64,000 bases of DNA from an uncultured Planctomycetales bacterium (GCA_964428315.1 CAYRXT010000006.1:8071-72070); one strand, 5' to 3'. Positions 1 to 10,020 are shown, numbered from the stretch's first letter. A program made the numbers and translations. Notes: a model not told the origin generated them from the sequence alone.

Positions 1-480
1 CTCGTCGTGGCCCCGCGTCACACCGAGCGAGTTGCGGACATTGTTCAAACGATCGCGGCCCATGGATTAAAGGCAAAGAAGTTTTCCCAATTGCAGGGGG
101 AAGACATCGAACCGGATGATGTTGTCGTGGTCGATACCATCGGACACCTGCGGTCCATCTACGGTCTGGCGGATATCGTCTTTGTGGGCAAGAGCCTGAA
201 GGCCGGAGGGGGGCATAACATCATCGAGCCGGCCTATTTCGCCAAGGCGATCATCGTCGGTCCGATGATGGATAATTTCCGGGATATCACGGATCTCTTT
301 TTGATCGACGATGCGGTCATCCAGGCGGGCGACGCGGATGATTTCCGCCGGCAGGTCAAAGAGCTCGTGAAGGACAGCAAAAGGCGCGAACGTTTGGGCG
401 TGAACGCGCGGAAGGTCATCGATAAGAATACGGGCGCGACAGACAAGACGTGGCGGTGCGTCCGGGAACTGCTGAATTAA
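1..480 (+). CDS. waaA: 3-deoxy-D-manno-octulosonic acid (Kdo) transferase, C-terminal part (truncated by window edge)
   Basis: APRH, VVVDTIGHL..IYGLADIVFVGKSL..GGHNIIEPA motifs typical of KdtA/WaaA; precedes lpxK. Confidence 0.93.
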   Translation, partial: LVVAPRHTERVADIVQTIAAHGLKAKKFSQLQGEDIEPDDVVVVDTIGHLRSIYGLADIVFVGKSLKAGGGHNIIEPAYFAKAIIVGPMMDNFRDITDLFLIDDAVIQAGDADDFRRQVKELVKDSKRRERLGVNARKVIDKNTGATDKTWRCVRELLN

Positions 481-495
481 GGTGGCGGGCGGACC

Positions 496-1587
496 GTGAG
501 AGTGCGCGTAAAACAATTTTTGCATGCCATAGCGACGGACAGGAACGGCTCTTTCTGGGCCGCGCCCATCAGGGGCCTTTTATGGCTGGCGTCGTTCGTC
601 TATTGCGCCGGTCAGAAGATGATCCTGTTGGTCTATCAAAGCGGAGTAGTAAAACCCCTGAAACTTCCTCTGCCCGTTATCAGCGTGGGGAACATTACTC
701 TGGGCGGCGTGGGAAAGACCCCGCTGGTCATGCGGCTCGCCGGTCATCTCAGGGATCAGGGCAGGCGACCGGTCATCCTTGTGCGCGGCTACATGGCTTC
801 CCGTGGGAGCGCCTCGTCCGACGAGGTTCTTTTGATGGAAAAGAAACTGCCCGGCGTACCGGTCAGGGCCGGACGCGACCGGGTTCGGTCCGCCCTGGAC
901 GCTTTACGGAAAAGGGAAGGCGACGTTTTTCTCCTGGATGACGGATTCCAGCATTGGCCGCTGGCCCGGGATCTGGATATTGTGGCCGTCGATTGCCGGC
1001 AGGAATTCGGCAACGGCCATCTTTTGCCCCGGGGGATCCTCCGCGAACCGGTGAACGCGCTGAAAAGGGCGGACCTTTTTGTCCTGACCAAGGCCGATGT
1101 CCCGACGGAACGTCGGGCCATGGTCAGGAGGCGGCTGGCCGCGGTCAATCCCCGCGCCCCCGTGATCACCAGTTATCACAAGGCCGCGGGTTTGAAATCC
1201 CTCGGGGAGAAGGATCCGCTGTCCTTGGATTCAATTAAAGGACGGCGCGTGTTCGCTTTCTGCAGTATCGGAGACCCGGACTCTTTCCGCCGCATGATCC
1301 TCGGTCTTGGAGGGGAGATCGCCGTCCTTCATGATTTTATCGACCATCACGTGTATAATGCGCGGGATGTCGAAATGCTTATATCCCGGGCCGAATACGC
1401 CCGATCGGATCTCTTGATGACAACGGAGAAAGACGAGGTGAAACTCACCGGTTTCGCAAAGGAGCTGAGACGCCGGATACCGGCCGTTGTCCTGCAGGTC
1501 GATATCGAGATCGAAGAAGGCGAAGAGGTCCTCAATGAGACCCTGGACGCTGTAATGAAAAAAAAGGACCCGGCGGACACGCAATGA
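496..1587 (+). CDS. lpxK: Tetraacyldisaccharide 4'-kinase
   Basis: PVISVGNITLGGVGKTP P-loop, LLDDGFQH, GNGHLLPRGILRE, FIDHH motifs. Confidence 0.96.
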   Translation: MRVRVKQFLHAIATDRNGSFWAAPIRGLLWLASFVYCAGQKMILLVYQSGVVKPLKLPLPVISVGNITLGGVGKTPLVMRLAGHLRDQGRRPVILVRGYMASRGSASSDEVLLMEKKLPGVPVRAGRDRVRSALDALRKREGDVFLLDDGFQHWPLARDLDIVAVDCRQEFGNGHLLPRGILREPVNALKRADLFVLTKADVPTERRAMVRRRLAAVNPRAPVITSYHKAAGLKSLGEKDPLSLDSIKGRRVFAFCSIGDPDSFRRMILGLGGEIAVLHDFIDHHVYNARDVEMLISRAEYARSDLLMTTEKDEVKLTGFAKELRRRIPAVVLQVDIEIEEGEEVLNETLDAVMKKKDPADTQ

Positions 1588-1641
1588 AAGCGCAGAATAT
1601 CCGCAGGAAAACCGGATAATTTATGCAAACATCGTTTTTCC

Positions 1642-3621
1642 ATGAATGAGAAGAGGACAGAAAAAGAAAGCCTGTATTACTGGCTTGTGAGGATCTTCGC
1701 AGCCTTTATCCGCGCCATGCCTCTCGGGATGGCCTTGTGGACGGGCCGCCGCGTCGGGTCAGCCGGGTATTACCTTGATAAAAAACACCGCGCCCTGGCG
1801 TATTCCAACCTCAAGGTGGCCTTTGCCCGGGAAAAAAAGCCAGCAGAAATCCGCAGAATCGTTAAAAGACTGTTCAAAAGTTACGGGCAGAACATGATCG
1901 AGCTTCTGCGCCTGCCGCTGATCACGCCGGAAAAAGTGCGAGAGCACGTCCGGATCGAAGGCGAAGAACATCTCCAGGCCGCCTTGGACGAACGCAAAGG
2001 CGTGATCATGCTGGCCATGCATTTCGGGAGCTGGGAGCTCGCGAGTTTTTCCTGTTCGACCCTGGGGGCGGTTTACAAAGTGATGGTCAAACCTCAGACC
2101 CGGTATTCGCGCCTGGACGAATTGCTCAATTCCTACCGGGAGGCCGGGGGGTCGGTTGTGCTGGAGCGGGGCATGGGCACCCGCGAGGTCATCAAGAGCC
2201 TGAAGAACAACGAGATTATCGGAATGGTCGTGGACCAGGGCGGAAAGGACGGGATGCTCGTCGACTTTTTCGGCCGGCAGGCCTCGCTTTCGGTCGGGGC
2301 CGTCCGCATGGGGCTGAAACTTGAGACGCCGATCTGTTTTTCGATCATTATCCGCGAGGGACGCCGTCATCGCCTGGTCATCCATCCGCCCTTTCATCTG
2401 GTGAAGACGGGCGACGCGGAAAGCGACGTCCGGTGCAATCTGCAGAGCGTGGTGCGGATAATGGAAGATTATATCCGGCGGTATCCATGGGAATACATGT
2501 GGTTTTACAAGATCTGGAAATACTCCAAAGAGGCGAATATCGTCGTTCTGGACGACGGGAGGAAAGGGCATCTCAACCAGGCCCTGTGCATGTCCCAAAA
2601 GATCGAGGAGGCCCTGCGCGAAAGAGGGATTAACAGTTGTACCATGACAGAGGAAGTGGTTTTCAAGAACAGGTTTTCGTCCCTGATGATCACTCTGATC
2701 AGCTTTCTTTCTCACCCCAGTTTTTGCCAGGGACGTCTGCGTCTGCTGAAATGGTTTCTTAAAAGGGAATGCTTTCTTCGTCTGGTGAAGGTGAAGGCCG
2801 ATTATGTCATTTCATGCGGGTCGACCGCGGCCGGCGTCAACTTCCTTCTGTCGCGCGATCATGCCGCCAAGAGCGTGTCCATTCTCCGGCCCGGCATACT
2901 CGGGCTCCGGCGCTTTGACGCCGTTGTCCTGCCCGTGCATGAAAAGGTTGCCGCTCGCCGGTCTGCGAAAACACGTATTGTCCGCACCCACGGGGCCCCG
3001 AACTTGGTCACGAAAGACGCGATGTCCCGCGCCGCGGACGGACTCAAGGACCGCTTCGAAAACCTTCGGTTTGGGCGTACCACAAAGATCGGGATATTGA
3101 TCGGCGGAGACACAAAGAAAAAGGCCATTATGAACTCCAAAATCCGCCTGTTGCTCAGGCAGATCAAAGAGGTGTCGGAACGGGTGGACGCGGATATCCT
3201 GCTCACCACTTCGCGGCGGACGCCGGCTCCACTCGAGGCCTTCGTTAAAAGGGAGTTCAAAGGATTTTCCCGCTGTCAGCTGATGATTATCCCGTCGGAG
3301 GACGATGTCCCCCATGCCGTGAACGGCATATTGGGATTGGCCGATATCCTGGTTGTGACCGGTGACAGCATTTCGATGGTCTCGGAGGCGGCCTCATCCG
3401 GCAGGAATACGATCGTACTCCCCTTGGAGGACAGATCCCCGGGCTCCGCGTCCCGTCGGCACGCGGTCTTTTTAGAACATCTGAGCCGGCAGGGTTATAT
3501 CCTGCTCGGCGAGGAAAAGCATCTGTTGACGAACATTATCGAGATGGTGAAGAAGAAAATCCGCACCAAACAACTCGATGATAATGCCGTTCTCCTGGAT
3601 GCCGCAAGACACATTATCTGA
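1642..3621 (+). CDS. Fusion of lipid A late acyltransferase (LpxL/HtrB family, N-term) and ELM1/GtrOC1-family putative glycosyltransferase (C-term)
   Basis: N-half has HFGSWE, VVDQ, VDFFG and YPWEYMWFYKIWK acyltransferase motifs; C-half has VLDDGRKGHLNQ, TTSRRTP and VVTGDSISMVSEAASSG ELM1-like motifs; one 659-aa ORF. Confidence 0.85.
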   Translation: MNEKRTEKESLYYWLVRIFAAFIRAMPLGMALWTGRRVGSAGYYLDKKHRALAYSNLKVAFAREKKPAEIRRIVKRLFKSYGQNMIELLRLPLITPEKVREHVRIEGEEHLQAALDERKGVIMLAMHFGSWELASFSCSTLGAVYKVMVKPQTRYSRLDELLNSYREAGGSVVLERGMGTREVIKSLKNNEIIGMVVDQGGKDGMLVDFFGRQASLSVGAVRMGLKLETPICFSIIIREGRRHRLVIHPPFHLVKTGDAESDVRCNLQSVVRIMEDYIRRYPWEYMWFYKIWKYSKEANIVVLDDGRKGHLNQALCMSQKIEEALRERGINSCTMTEEVVFKNRFSSLMITLISFLSHPSFCQGRLRLLKWFLKRECFLRLVKVKADYVISCGSTAAGVNFLLSRDHAAKSVSILRPGILGLRRFDAVVLPVHEKVAARRSAKTRIVRTHGAPNLVTKDAMSRAADGLKDRFENLRFGRTTKIGILIGGDTKKKAIMNSKIRLLLRQIKEVSERVDADILLTTSRRTPAPLEAFVKREFKGFSRCQLMIIPSEDDVPHAVNGILGLADILVVTGDSISMVSEAASSGRNTIVLPLEDRSPGSASRRHAVFLEHLSRQGYILLGEEKHLLTNIIEMVKKKIRTKQLDDNAVLLDAARHII

Positions 3622-3642
3622 CAACAGGGAATTCTTCCGTTC

Positions 3643-5736
3643 ATGAACATTCTTCAGATATTACCGGAACTGAACGTCGGCGGTGTGGAGACCGGGACTC
3701 TCGACTTTGCCCGCTACCTGGTCCAAAACGGCCACCGGGCCGTTGTTGTCTCTCACGGCGGCGTCCTGCTGAAGGAACTGCAGTCCATGGGAGTCCAACA
3801 TTACACCCTGCCCGTGCACAAAAAATCTCTCTGGACGATCCTGCGGTGCATCCGTGAATTTGAGGATATCCTTCGAGCCGAGAAAGTCGATGTCGTTCAT
3901 GCCCGCTCCCGTATCCCGGCGTGGATCGCCTTCTTCGCCTGCCGGAGGACGAAAACGGCCTTTGTCACCACGTGTCACGGTTATTACGGGAATCATATCC
4001 TTTCCCGCGTCATGGGCTGGTCCAAACTGGTGATCGTGCCCAGCGGGGTGATAGGGAGGCACATGATCGAAGACTTCGGCGTCCTGCCGGAAAATATCCG
4101 CCGGATTCCTCGCAGTGTCGACCTGTCAAAATTTGACGGCTTGGCGAAGACCAAGCTCAAGAATGAGTGCGTCGTGACGATGATCGGACGCATCACGCCG
4201 CTCAAGGGGCATAAATATTTCTTGAAGGCCATGGCCAGGGTAATCCGTTCCATCCCGTATTTGAAGATATGGATCGTCGGGGACTCCCTGCGCGGGAAGG
4301 AATCGTACAGACGGGAACTCGAACTTTTGGTCAAGCGTCTGGGTTTGGGCGACTATGTCGAGTTCCTGGGAAGCAGGCAGGATATCCCCGAGATACTCGG
4401 CAGGACCAACGTCCTGGTCCTTTCCACGGTAACGGAGGAGGCCTTCGGGCGGGTGATCCTTGAGGCCCAGGCGTCCGGCGTCCCCGTGGTTGCGACAAAA
4501 GTCGGCGGAGTGGTGGAAATTATCGAAGACGGACGCACCGGTCTATTGGTCCTTCCCAGAGACCCGGAGGCCATGGCCCGGTCCGTCATCCGCCTGCTTA
4601 AAGACGAAAAGCTGGCGGCCTCGTTGACATCCCGGGCCCGCGAAAAACTTCAGCGGGAATTCACCCTCGAGCGGATGGCGGAAAGGACGCTGTCGGTTTA
4701 CGAGGAGCTTCTGGGGCTTATGAGCATACTGGTTATCAAGATCAGCTCTCTGGGTGACGTGATCCTGGCCACACCGTCTCTTAAGGCCTTGAAGGAAAAA
4801 TTTCCCCGGGCGAAGATCTATTGTGTCGTCGGCAAGGACTCGCGCGCTGTCCTCCAGCGTTGTCCTTACCTGGACGATCTTATCGTATTCGATCCGAAAG
4901 AAAAGGATAAGGGATGGGGCGGGCTTCTGAAATTTTCGCGCAAGCTCCGTAAATACAAATTTGATCTGGTCGTGGATTTCCAGAACAACAGGACCAGCCA
5001 CTGGATGTCTTTTTTGGTGTTCCCCGTTGACAGCTACGGGTACGACAACGGGAAATGGGGATTCCTCCTTAGCCAAAGAATCAAGGATGACCAGAGAAAC
5101 CTCCCGCCGGTGGCGCACCAGTTCCGTATCCTGCATGGCCTGGGTATACCCTACAGGCCGGACTGCCGGCTGGAATTCTGGCTGAACGCGCAAGACGAAA
5201 AAAGGACGCAGGCGTTGATGGAATCCGAGTGGGTCGCCAAAAACCAGAAAGTTATCGGCATCAATCTTTCCGCGTCTAAAGAGTGGATCACTAAAAATTG
5301 GCCTCTCAAATATATGGCCGAGCTTTGCGATCAGCTCGCCCAAAAAGGCCTGCGTGTCATCCTGACGGGAATGGAAAAAGACAGGGACACGGCGCATGAG
5401 CTGTCCATGATGACGAAGGCCAAACCCGCCTCCTTCGTAGGGAAGACCGACGTCCTTGAGCTGGCTGTCCTGATCAGGCGCTGTGCCGTTTACGTGACGC
5501 CGGATTCGGCCCCTCTGCATATCGCCGCGGCCGTCAAGACGCCTTTTGTCGCCCTGTTCGGCCCCACCGATGCCCGCCGCCACATGCCGCCGGCCGGGCG
5601 TTGCACCGTCCTTCAAAAGGACCTTAAATGCTCCCCCTGCTACAGCACCTACTGCAAAGTGGCCACGCATGCCTGCATGCGGGAGATCACGCCCTCCCAG
5701 GTGCTCCACGAGATCGAGAAGCTTATGACGTCGTAA
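3643..5736 (+). CDS. Fusion of GT4 glycosyltransferase and GT9 heptosyltransferase-like domain
   Basis: N-half has GGVE, HARSR and EAFGRVILEAQASGVPVV (GT4); C-half has ILVIKISSLGDV and DSAPLHIAAAV..VALFGPT (GT9). Confidence 0.9.
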   Translation: MNILQILPELNVGGVETGTLDFARYLVQNGHRAVVVSHGGVLLKELQSMGVQHYTLPVHKKSLWTILRCIREFEDILRAEKVDVVHARSRIPAWIAFFACRRTKTAFVTTCHGYYGNHILSRVMGWSKLVIVPSGVIGRHMIEDFGVLPENIRRIPRSVDLSKFDGLAKTKLKNECVVTMIGRITPLKGHKYFLKAMARVIRSIPYLKIWIVGDSLRGKESYRRELELLVKRLGLGDYVEFLGSRQDIPEILGRTNVLVLSTVTEEAFGRVILEAQASGVPVVATKVGGVVEIIEDGRTGLLVLPRDPEAMARSVIRLLKDEKLAASLTSRAREKLQREFTLERMAERTLSVYEELLGLMSILVIKISSLGDVILATPSLKALKEKFPRAKIYCVVGKDSRAVLQRCPYLDDLIVFDPKEKDKGWGGLLKFSRKLRKYKFDLVVDFQNNRTSHWMSFLVFPVDSYGYDNGKWGFLLSQRIKDDQRNLPPVAHQFRILHGLGIPYRPDCRLEFWLNAQDEKRTQALMESEWVAKNQKVIGINLSASKEWITKNWPLKYMAELCDQLAQKGLRVILTGMEKDRDTAHELSMMTKAKPASFVGKTDVLELAVLIRRCAVYVTPDSAPLHIAAAVKTPFVALFGPTDARRHMPPAGRCTVLQKDLKCSPCYSTYCKVATHACMREITPSQVLHEIEKLMTS

Positions 5737-5776
5737 TTAGAATTTCCCGTTTCTATCCGATAAGAAAATCGTTATA

Positions 5777-6880
5777 ATGAAACCCATGAAGATCCTTATC
5801 CTGACCACCCATTTGAATGCAGGCGGTATTGCCACCTATGTCACGAGTCTGGCACGGGGATTGACCCATGAAGACCAGGGCGTGTTTGTGGCCAGCAGCG
5901 GCGGCAGCAAGGAGCAGGCCCTCGAGGCTATGCAGGTTGAGCACATCCCCCTAGACATCCGCACCAAGTGCGAGGTCAGCGCCAAGGTCTACCGCGCCTT
6001 GCGTCCGGTCGTTAACTGCTTGCGGGAAAATCATATACAGGTCATTCATGCTCAAACCCGGGTAACGCAGGTCGTCGCCCAACTGGCAAGCCAGATCACC
6101 GGCGTGCCCTGTGTGACGACGTGCCACGGTTTTTTCAAGAAAAGACTGGTCCGCAGACTTATGCCATGCTGGGGGCATGCGGTCATTGCTATTTCTCAGG
6201 CCGTGGCGGACCATCTTCATAAAGATTTTGGCGTTGAAGAGAAAAGAATCCACCTTGTCCATAGCGGCGTGGATGTGGCGGACTATCCTGATCTCAGCGA
6301 AGACATTAAGATGGTGGAAAAAAGAAAATTAAGTTTGAAGACCGGCCCTGTCATCGGGATTATCGCACGGCTTTCGGATGTCAAAGGCCACCGTTATCTG
6401 ATCGAGGCCATGCCCCGGATTATTCAGGACTACGGCGACGCCAGTCTCCTTATCGCTGGACAGGGCAGGCTCGAAGAGGAATTGCGGGCAATCGTGAGAC
6501 GGATGCACCTGGAGAATCATATTGTGTTCCATCCCTTTTTCAGTTCCAACGCCGATGTCCTGCCTTTGCTGGATGTTTTTGTCATGCCTTCCCTGCAGGA
6601 GGGACTGGGGTTGTCCGTGATGGAGGCCCAGGCCGCCGGTTTGCCTGTGGTGGCGTCGTGTGTGGGCGGGCTTCCGACTTTGGTTGAAGAAGGAAAGACG
6701 GGATTGCTGGTTCCGCCCGGATCTCCCGAACGGATAGCGCAAGCGGTGCTGGAGATCCTGCGAGACCGGGAAAAGGCCAGAGAAATGGGCCGGACCGCAC
6801 GAGAGTTTATTAAAAACAATTTTTCTATGCAACAAATGGCAAGGGAAACCCTGGAAGTTTACCGGAAGGTTGCCGGATGA
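5777..6880 (+). CDS. GT4 family glycosyltransferase (start may be ATG at 5786)
   Basis: GGIATYV, HAQT, KGHRYLIEA and EGLGLSVMEAQAAGLPVV motifs. Confidence 0.9.
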   Translation: MKPMKILILTTHLNAGGIATYVTSLARGLTHEDQGVFVASSGGSKEQALEAMQVEHIPLDIRTKCEVSAKVYRALRPVVNCLRENHIQVIHAQTRVTQVVAQLASQITGVPCVTTCHGFFKKRLVRRLMPCWGHAVIAISQAVADHLHKDFGVEEKRIHLVHSGVDVADYPDLSEDIKMVEKRKLSLKTGPVIGIIARLSDVKGHRYLIEAMPRIIQDYGDASLLIAGQGRLEEELRAIVRRMHLENHIVFHPFFSSNADVLPLLDVFVMPSLQEGLGLSVMEAQAAGLPVVASCVGGLPTLVEEGKTGLLVPPGSPERIAQAVLEILRDREKAREMGRTAREFIKNNFSMQQMARETLEVYRKVAG

Positions 6881-6919
6881 TTAGGAATAAGGGATAAGGG
6901 ATTGGGTCACTAAACCAGC

Positions 6920-7945
6920 ATGACAATGTCCAAGAAGATTCTCGTCTTTAACATCAACTGGCTGGGGGACGCGGTTTTTTCTCTCCCCGTTTTCCGGGCG
7001 CTGAAAGAACATTTTCCCGATTCCACAATAACGTGCGCTGGGCCGCCCCGGATCCGGGACATCATGGAAGGTTCCGCCTTTCTGGATGCCTTCATCCCTT
7101 TCGATGAAAGGAAGGAGGATCGCGGCCTTTTGCGTAAGATCCGTTTTATCCGAATATTAAACCGGCACAGATTTGACAGCGTTTATTTATTGCACGGATC
7201 CCTGACGCGGGCCCTGATCACAGCCCTGGCAGGTATTCCCCGGCGCGTGGGATACGCCACCAAAGGCCGGGGCTTTCTGCTGACACAGCGGATCGAACTG
7301 CCCGCGGATGGATGGCACCGCGCGGATTATTATCTTAAAGTGGTCGAAGACAGCGGGGTACGGGTCATGACGCGCGCGTATTCCCTGGATGCCGGCGAGC
7401 AGGCCATGGTATCCGTCCGCCGGCTTCTTCAAACAAAGGGCATAGACAACGAAGAGAGACTCATCGTTATCAATACCGGCGGCAACTGGCATCTCAAGCG
7501 TTGGCCCTCAGCAAATTTTTCTGAACTGATTGACCGGCTCGTTGAAGAATTCAAAGTCAAGATTGTCATCCCTGGAGGGGAAAAAGACAGAGAGCACGTC
7601 GAGAGGATTGCGGGCGCCTGCCGCAGCAAGCCGGTGAATTGTTGCGGAGAGACGGACCTGAAACAGTTGACGGCGCTTATGCGGAGGGCCTCTTGCGTTG
7701 TCTCTGCCGATACGGGACCTTTGCATCTGGCCTCTGGCGCAGGGACGCCCGTGGTGGCCCTTTTCGGCCCCACGCATCCGGCCGTCACAGGGCCCCGGGG
7801 GACGGGGCCGGCGCGTATCATCCAGAAACAGGTGGGCTGCAACTTTTCCCCCTGTTACAACCTCGGCTGCCCGGATAACGTGTGTATGAAAATGATCGGA
7901 GTTGACGATGTCTGCCAGGCCGTCCGCGATATCATCAGTCAGTAA
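6920..7945 (+). CDS. waaF: LPS heptosyltransferase II-like (GT9)
   Basis: NWLGDAV, KRWP and DTGPLHLASGAGTPVVALFGPT motifs; the symbol is the best fit among several paralogs. Confidence 0.75.
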   Translation: MTMSKKILVFNINWLGDAVFSLPVFRALKEHFPDSTITCAGPPRIRDIMEGSAFLDAFIPFDERKEDRGLLRKIRFIRILNRHRFDSVYLLHGSLTRALITALAGIPRRVGYATKGRGFLLTQRIELPADGWHRADYYLKVVEDSGVRVMTRAYSLDAGEQAMVSVRRLLQTKGIDNEERLIVINTGGNWHLKRWPSANFSELIDRLVEEFKVKIVIPGGEKDREHVERIAGACRSKPVNCCGETDLKQLTALMRRASCVVSADTGPLHLASGAGTPVVALFGPTHPAVTGPRGTGPARIIQKQVGCNFSPCYNLGCPDNVCMKMIGVDDVCQAVRDIISQ

Positions 7946-8906
7946 GATCCTGATTATCAGTTTGAGCAACATCGGGGACGTGATCCTGACCTTTCCCGTG
8001 ATAGATGTTTTGCGGGAGGATTTACCCGGCGCGTTATTGGACGTGGTCGTTGGGCCCAAGCCCGTCGCCTTGTTTAAGGACAATCTCCACATCCACAAGG
8101 TTATTGTCTTTAACAAACATCAGCCTTTAAGGGAGAAGGCGCGCTGGTTATGGCGCCTGAAACAGGAGCGGTACGATATGGTCGTGGATCTGCGCAACAC
8201 CGCCATCCCGTTTTTTCTCGGTGCCCGTCGAAAGACACCGCTTCGCTGGACAGGGCGCGGACGCAGGCACCGCAAGCACGAGCATCTGGACCGTTTGCGA
8301 AGGGTCCATGATTTTTGTTGCGAGCCGGAGACGAATTATGCGTTATCCTTTGATCCACGCGAAGAGCGGTATGTTTCGGAGATGATCGATGAACACATCG
8401 GACGACAGCGGTTCGTTGCGGTGGGACCGGGAGCGGCCGATCATGCCAAACGCTGGGCGTCTGCCGGGTTCGCCCGGGTTTGCGATGTGCTCCGGCAAGA
8501 GTACGGCCTGGGCATAGTTTTCGTCGGTGACGCTTCGGATTCGGCCTTTATCGGAGAGATCCGTGAGGCGATGAACAGTCCAGCTGCTGATTGTTCGGGA
8601 AAGACATCCCTGACACAGCTGGCCTGTCTGATCCGCCGGGCCTCTTTGGTCTTGAGTAACGACAGCGCGATAATGCACATGGCCAGTTATTTGGATGTGC
8701 CGGTCGCCGCCTTGTTCGGACCGACCCCGGCCGCACTTTACGGGCCGTGGGGCTCCCAGTCGTGTGTCATTAAAAAAACGGATGAATGTCCTGCCTGTCG
8801 GGAAAAGAGCGGGGGACAAAGACATACCTGCATGGACGCTATTCAACCTGATGATGTACTGACCGCTTTAAAGATCAACTTTCCGCAGATACTGAGCGAG
8901 TCATGA
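7908..8906 (+). CDS. GT9 family (ADP-heptose:LPS heptosyltransferase-like) glycosyltransferase
   Basis: ILIISLSNIGDV, KRW and NDSAIMHMASYLDVPVAALFGPT motifs; ATG at 7908 chosen over TTG at 7902. Confidence 0.88.
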   Translation: MSARPSAISSVSKILIISLSNIGDVILTFPVIDVLREDLPGALLDVVVGPKPVALFKDNLHIHKVIVFNKHQPLREKARWLWRLKQERYDMVVDLRNTAIPFFLGARRKTPLRWTGRGRRHRKHEHLDRLRRVHDFCCEPETNYALSFDPREERYVSEMIDEHIGRQRFVAVGPGAADHAKRWASAGFARVCDVLRQEYGLGIVFVGDASDSAFIGEIREAMNSPAADCSGKTSLTQLACLIRRASLVLSNDSAIMHMASYLDVPVAALFGPTPAALYGPWGSQSCVIKKTDECPACREKSGGQRHTCMDAIQPDDVLTALKINFPQILSES

Positions 8907-9961
8907 ACAAGACCATGAAGATCCTGGCTGTCCGGACGGACCGCATGGGGGATGTCCTTCTCACCACGCCGGCATTCGCCGCTTTGCGCCGCGCCTTTCC
9001 CCGGGCCGAAATCAGCGTCCTGGTGAATCCTTCCACGCGGGAGATCGTCGACGGGAATCCGCACATCGATGACATCATCATCGACGATAAACATGGCCGT
9101 CACAGGGGGGCGCTGGGTTTCTGGCGTCTGGTTCTTCAACTGCGGCGCCGGCGGTTTGACGTCGCGGTTATCTTTCACACAAAAAAACGGACGAATGTTT
9201 TGTGTTTCTTGGCCGGTATTCCCCGGCGGGTCGGTTATAGAAACAACAAATGCGGATTTTTGCTGACTGAACCTTTGAAAGACAGAAGACCTGAGGGGCG
9301 ACAGCACGAAGCGGAATACTGTCTAGATGTCGTGCGGACGTTGGGCGTGCGATCCGATGCGCTGGACATGCATTTCCCGTTAAAGGAGGAGGCCGAGCTT
9401 TGGGCCGACCGTTTCCTGAACGATAACGGGATCGCGTCCGATGTGGCGCTGGTGGCGGTTCATCCCGGGGCAAGCTGTGTGTCGAAACGCTGGCCTCCGG
9501 AAAGGTTCGCGGGTCTGATCAACCGGCTGCACACCCGGTATCGGGTCCGCAGTGTTTTAGTGGGCGCCGCGGCTCATGAAAATCTGGTCAGGGTCCTGAA
9601 GGAGCGCGTGGACGTTCCCCTTCTTGATTTGACCGGAATAACGTCTCTCGCCCAGCTGGCGAGCTTATTGAAACGCTGCCGGCTGCTGGTTTCCAATGAT
9701 TCCGGGCCGGTCCATCTGGCTACGGCCGTTTCCACGCCGGTCATTTCAATATTCGGAAGAAACCAGGCCGGCTTGAGCCCTGTGCGCTGGCGGCCCTTAG
9801 GCCCGCGGGACCGGTTTGTCCATAAGGAGGTAGGTTGTGAAGTCTGTTTGGCGCATAATTGCGCGATCGATTTCAAATGCCTGAAAGAGATCCCGGAAGA
9901 TGAAATCATGGCCGCCGTTGTTGAGTTGCTGGACGAACAAAAAATAACGGGCAAGCTGTAA
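8903..9961 (+). CDS. GT9 family heptosyltransferase-like glycosyltransferase
   Basis: RTDRMGDVLLTTP, HPGAS..KRWP and NDSGPVHLA motifs; ATGA overlap with the previous gene. Confidence 0.9.
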   Translation: MNKTMKILAVRTDRMGDVLLTTPAFAALRRAFPRAEISVLVNPSTREIVDGNPHIDDIIIDDKHGRHRGALGFWRLVLQLRRRRFDVAVIFHTKKRTNVLCFLAGIPRRVGYRNNKCGFLLTEPLKDRRPEGRQHEAEYCLDVVRTLGVRSDALDMHFPLKEEAELWADRFLNDNGIASDVALVAVHPGASCVSKRWPPERFAGLINRLHTRYRVRSVLVGAAAHENLVRVLKERVDVPLLDLTGITSLAQLASLLKRCRLLVSNDSGPVHLATAVSTPVISIFGRNQAGLSPVRWRPLGPRDRFVHKEVGCEVCLAHNCAIDFKCLKEIPEDEIMAAVVELLDEQKITGKL

Positions 9962-10020
9962 CTCCATTTCATTGAATGATTTATAAAATGAAGGACGATT
10001 CGCGGTGCTCATAGAATAAG

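Noticed and set aside
4543-5709. Long minus-strand ORFs (also 1759-2715, 10155-11222, 19094-20002, 34575-35756, 49506-50450)
   Set aside because: Each is fully antisense to a well-supported + gene, has no recognisable motifs, and is an expected shadow ORF in moderately GC-rich coding DNA.
6881-6910. Short purine-rich direct repeats (ATAAGGG x2; also ATAGAAGAG x2 near 17444-17463)
   Set aside because: Only two short copies with no spacer periodicity; not CRISPR or a meaningful array.
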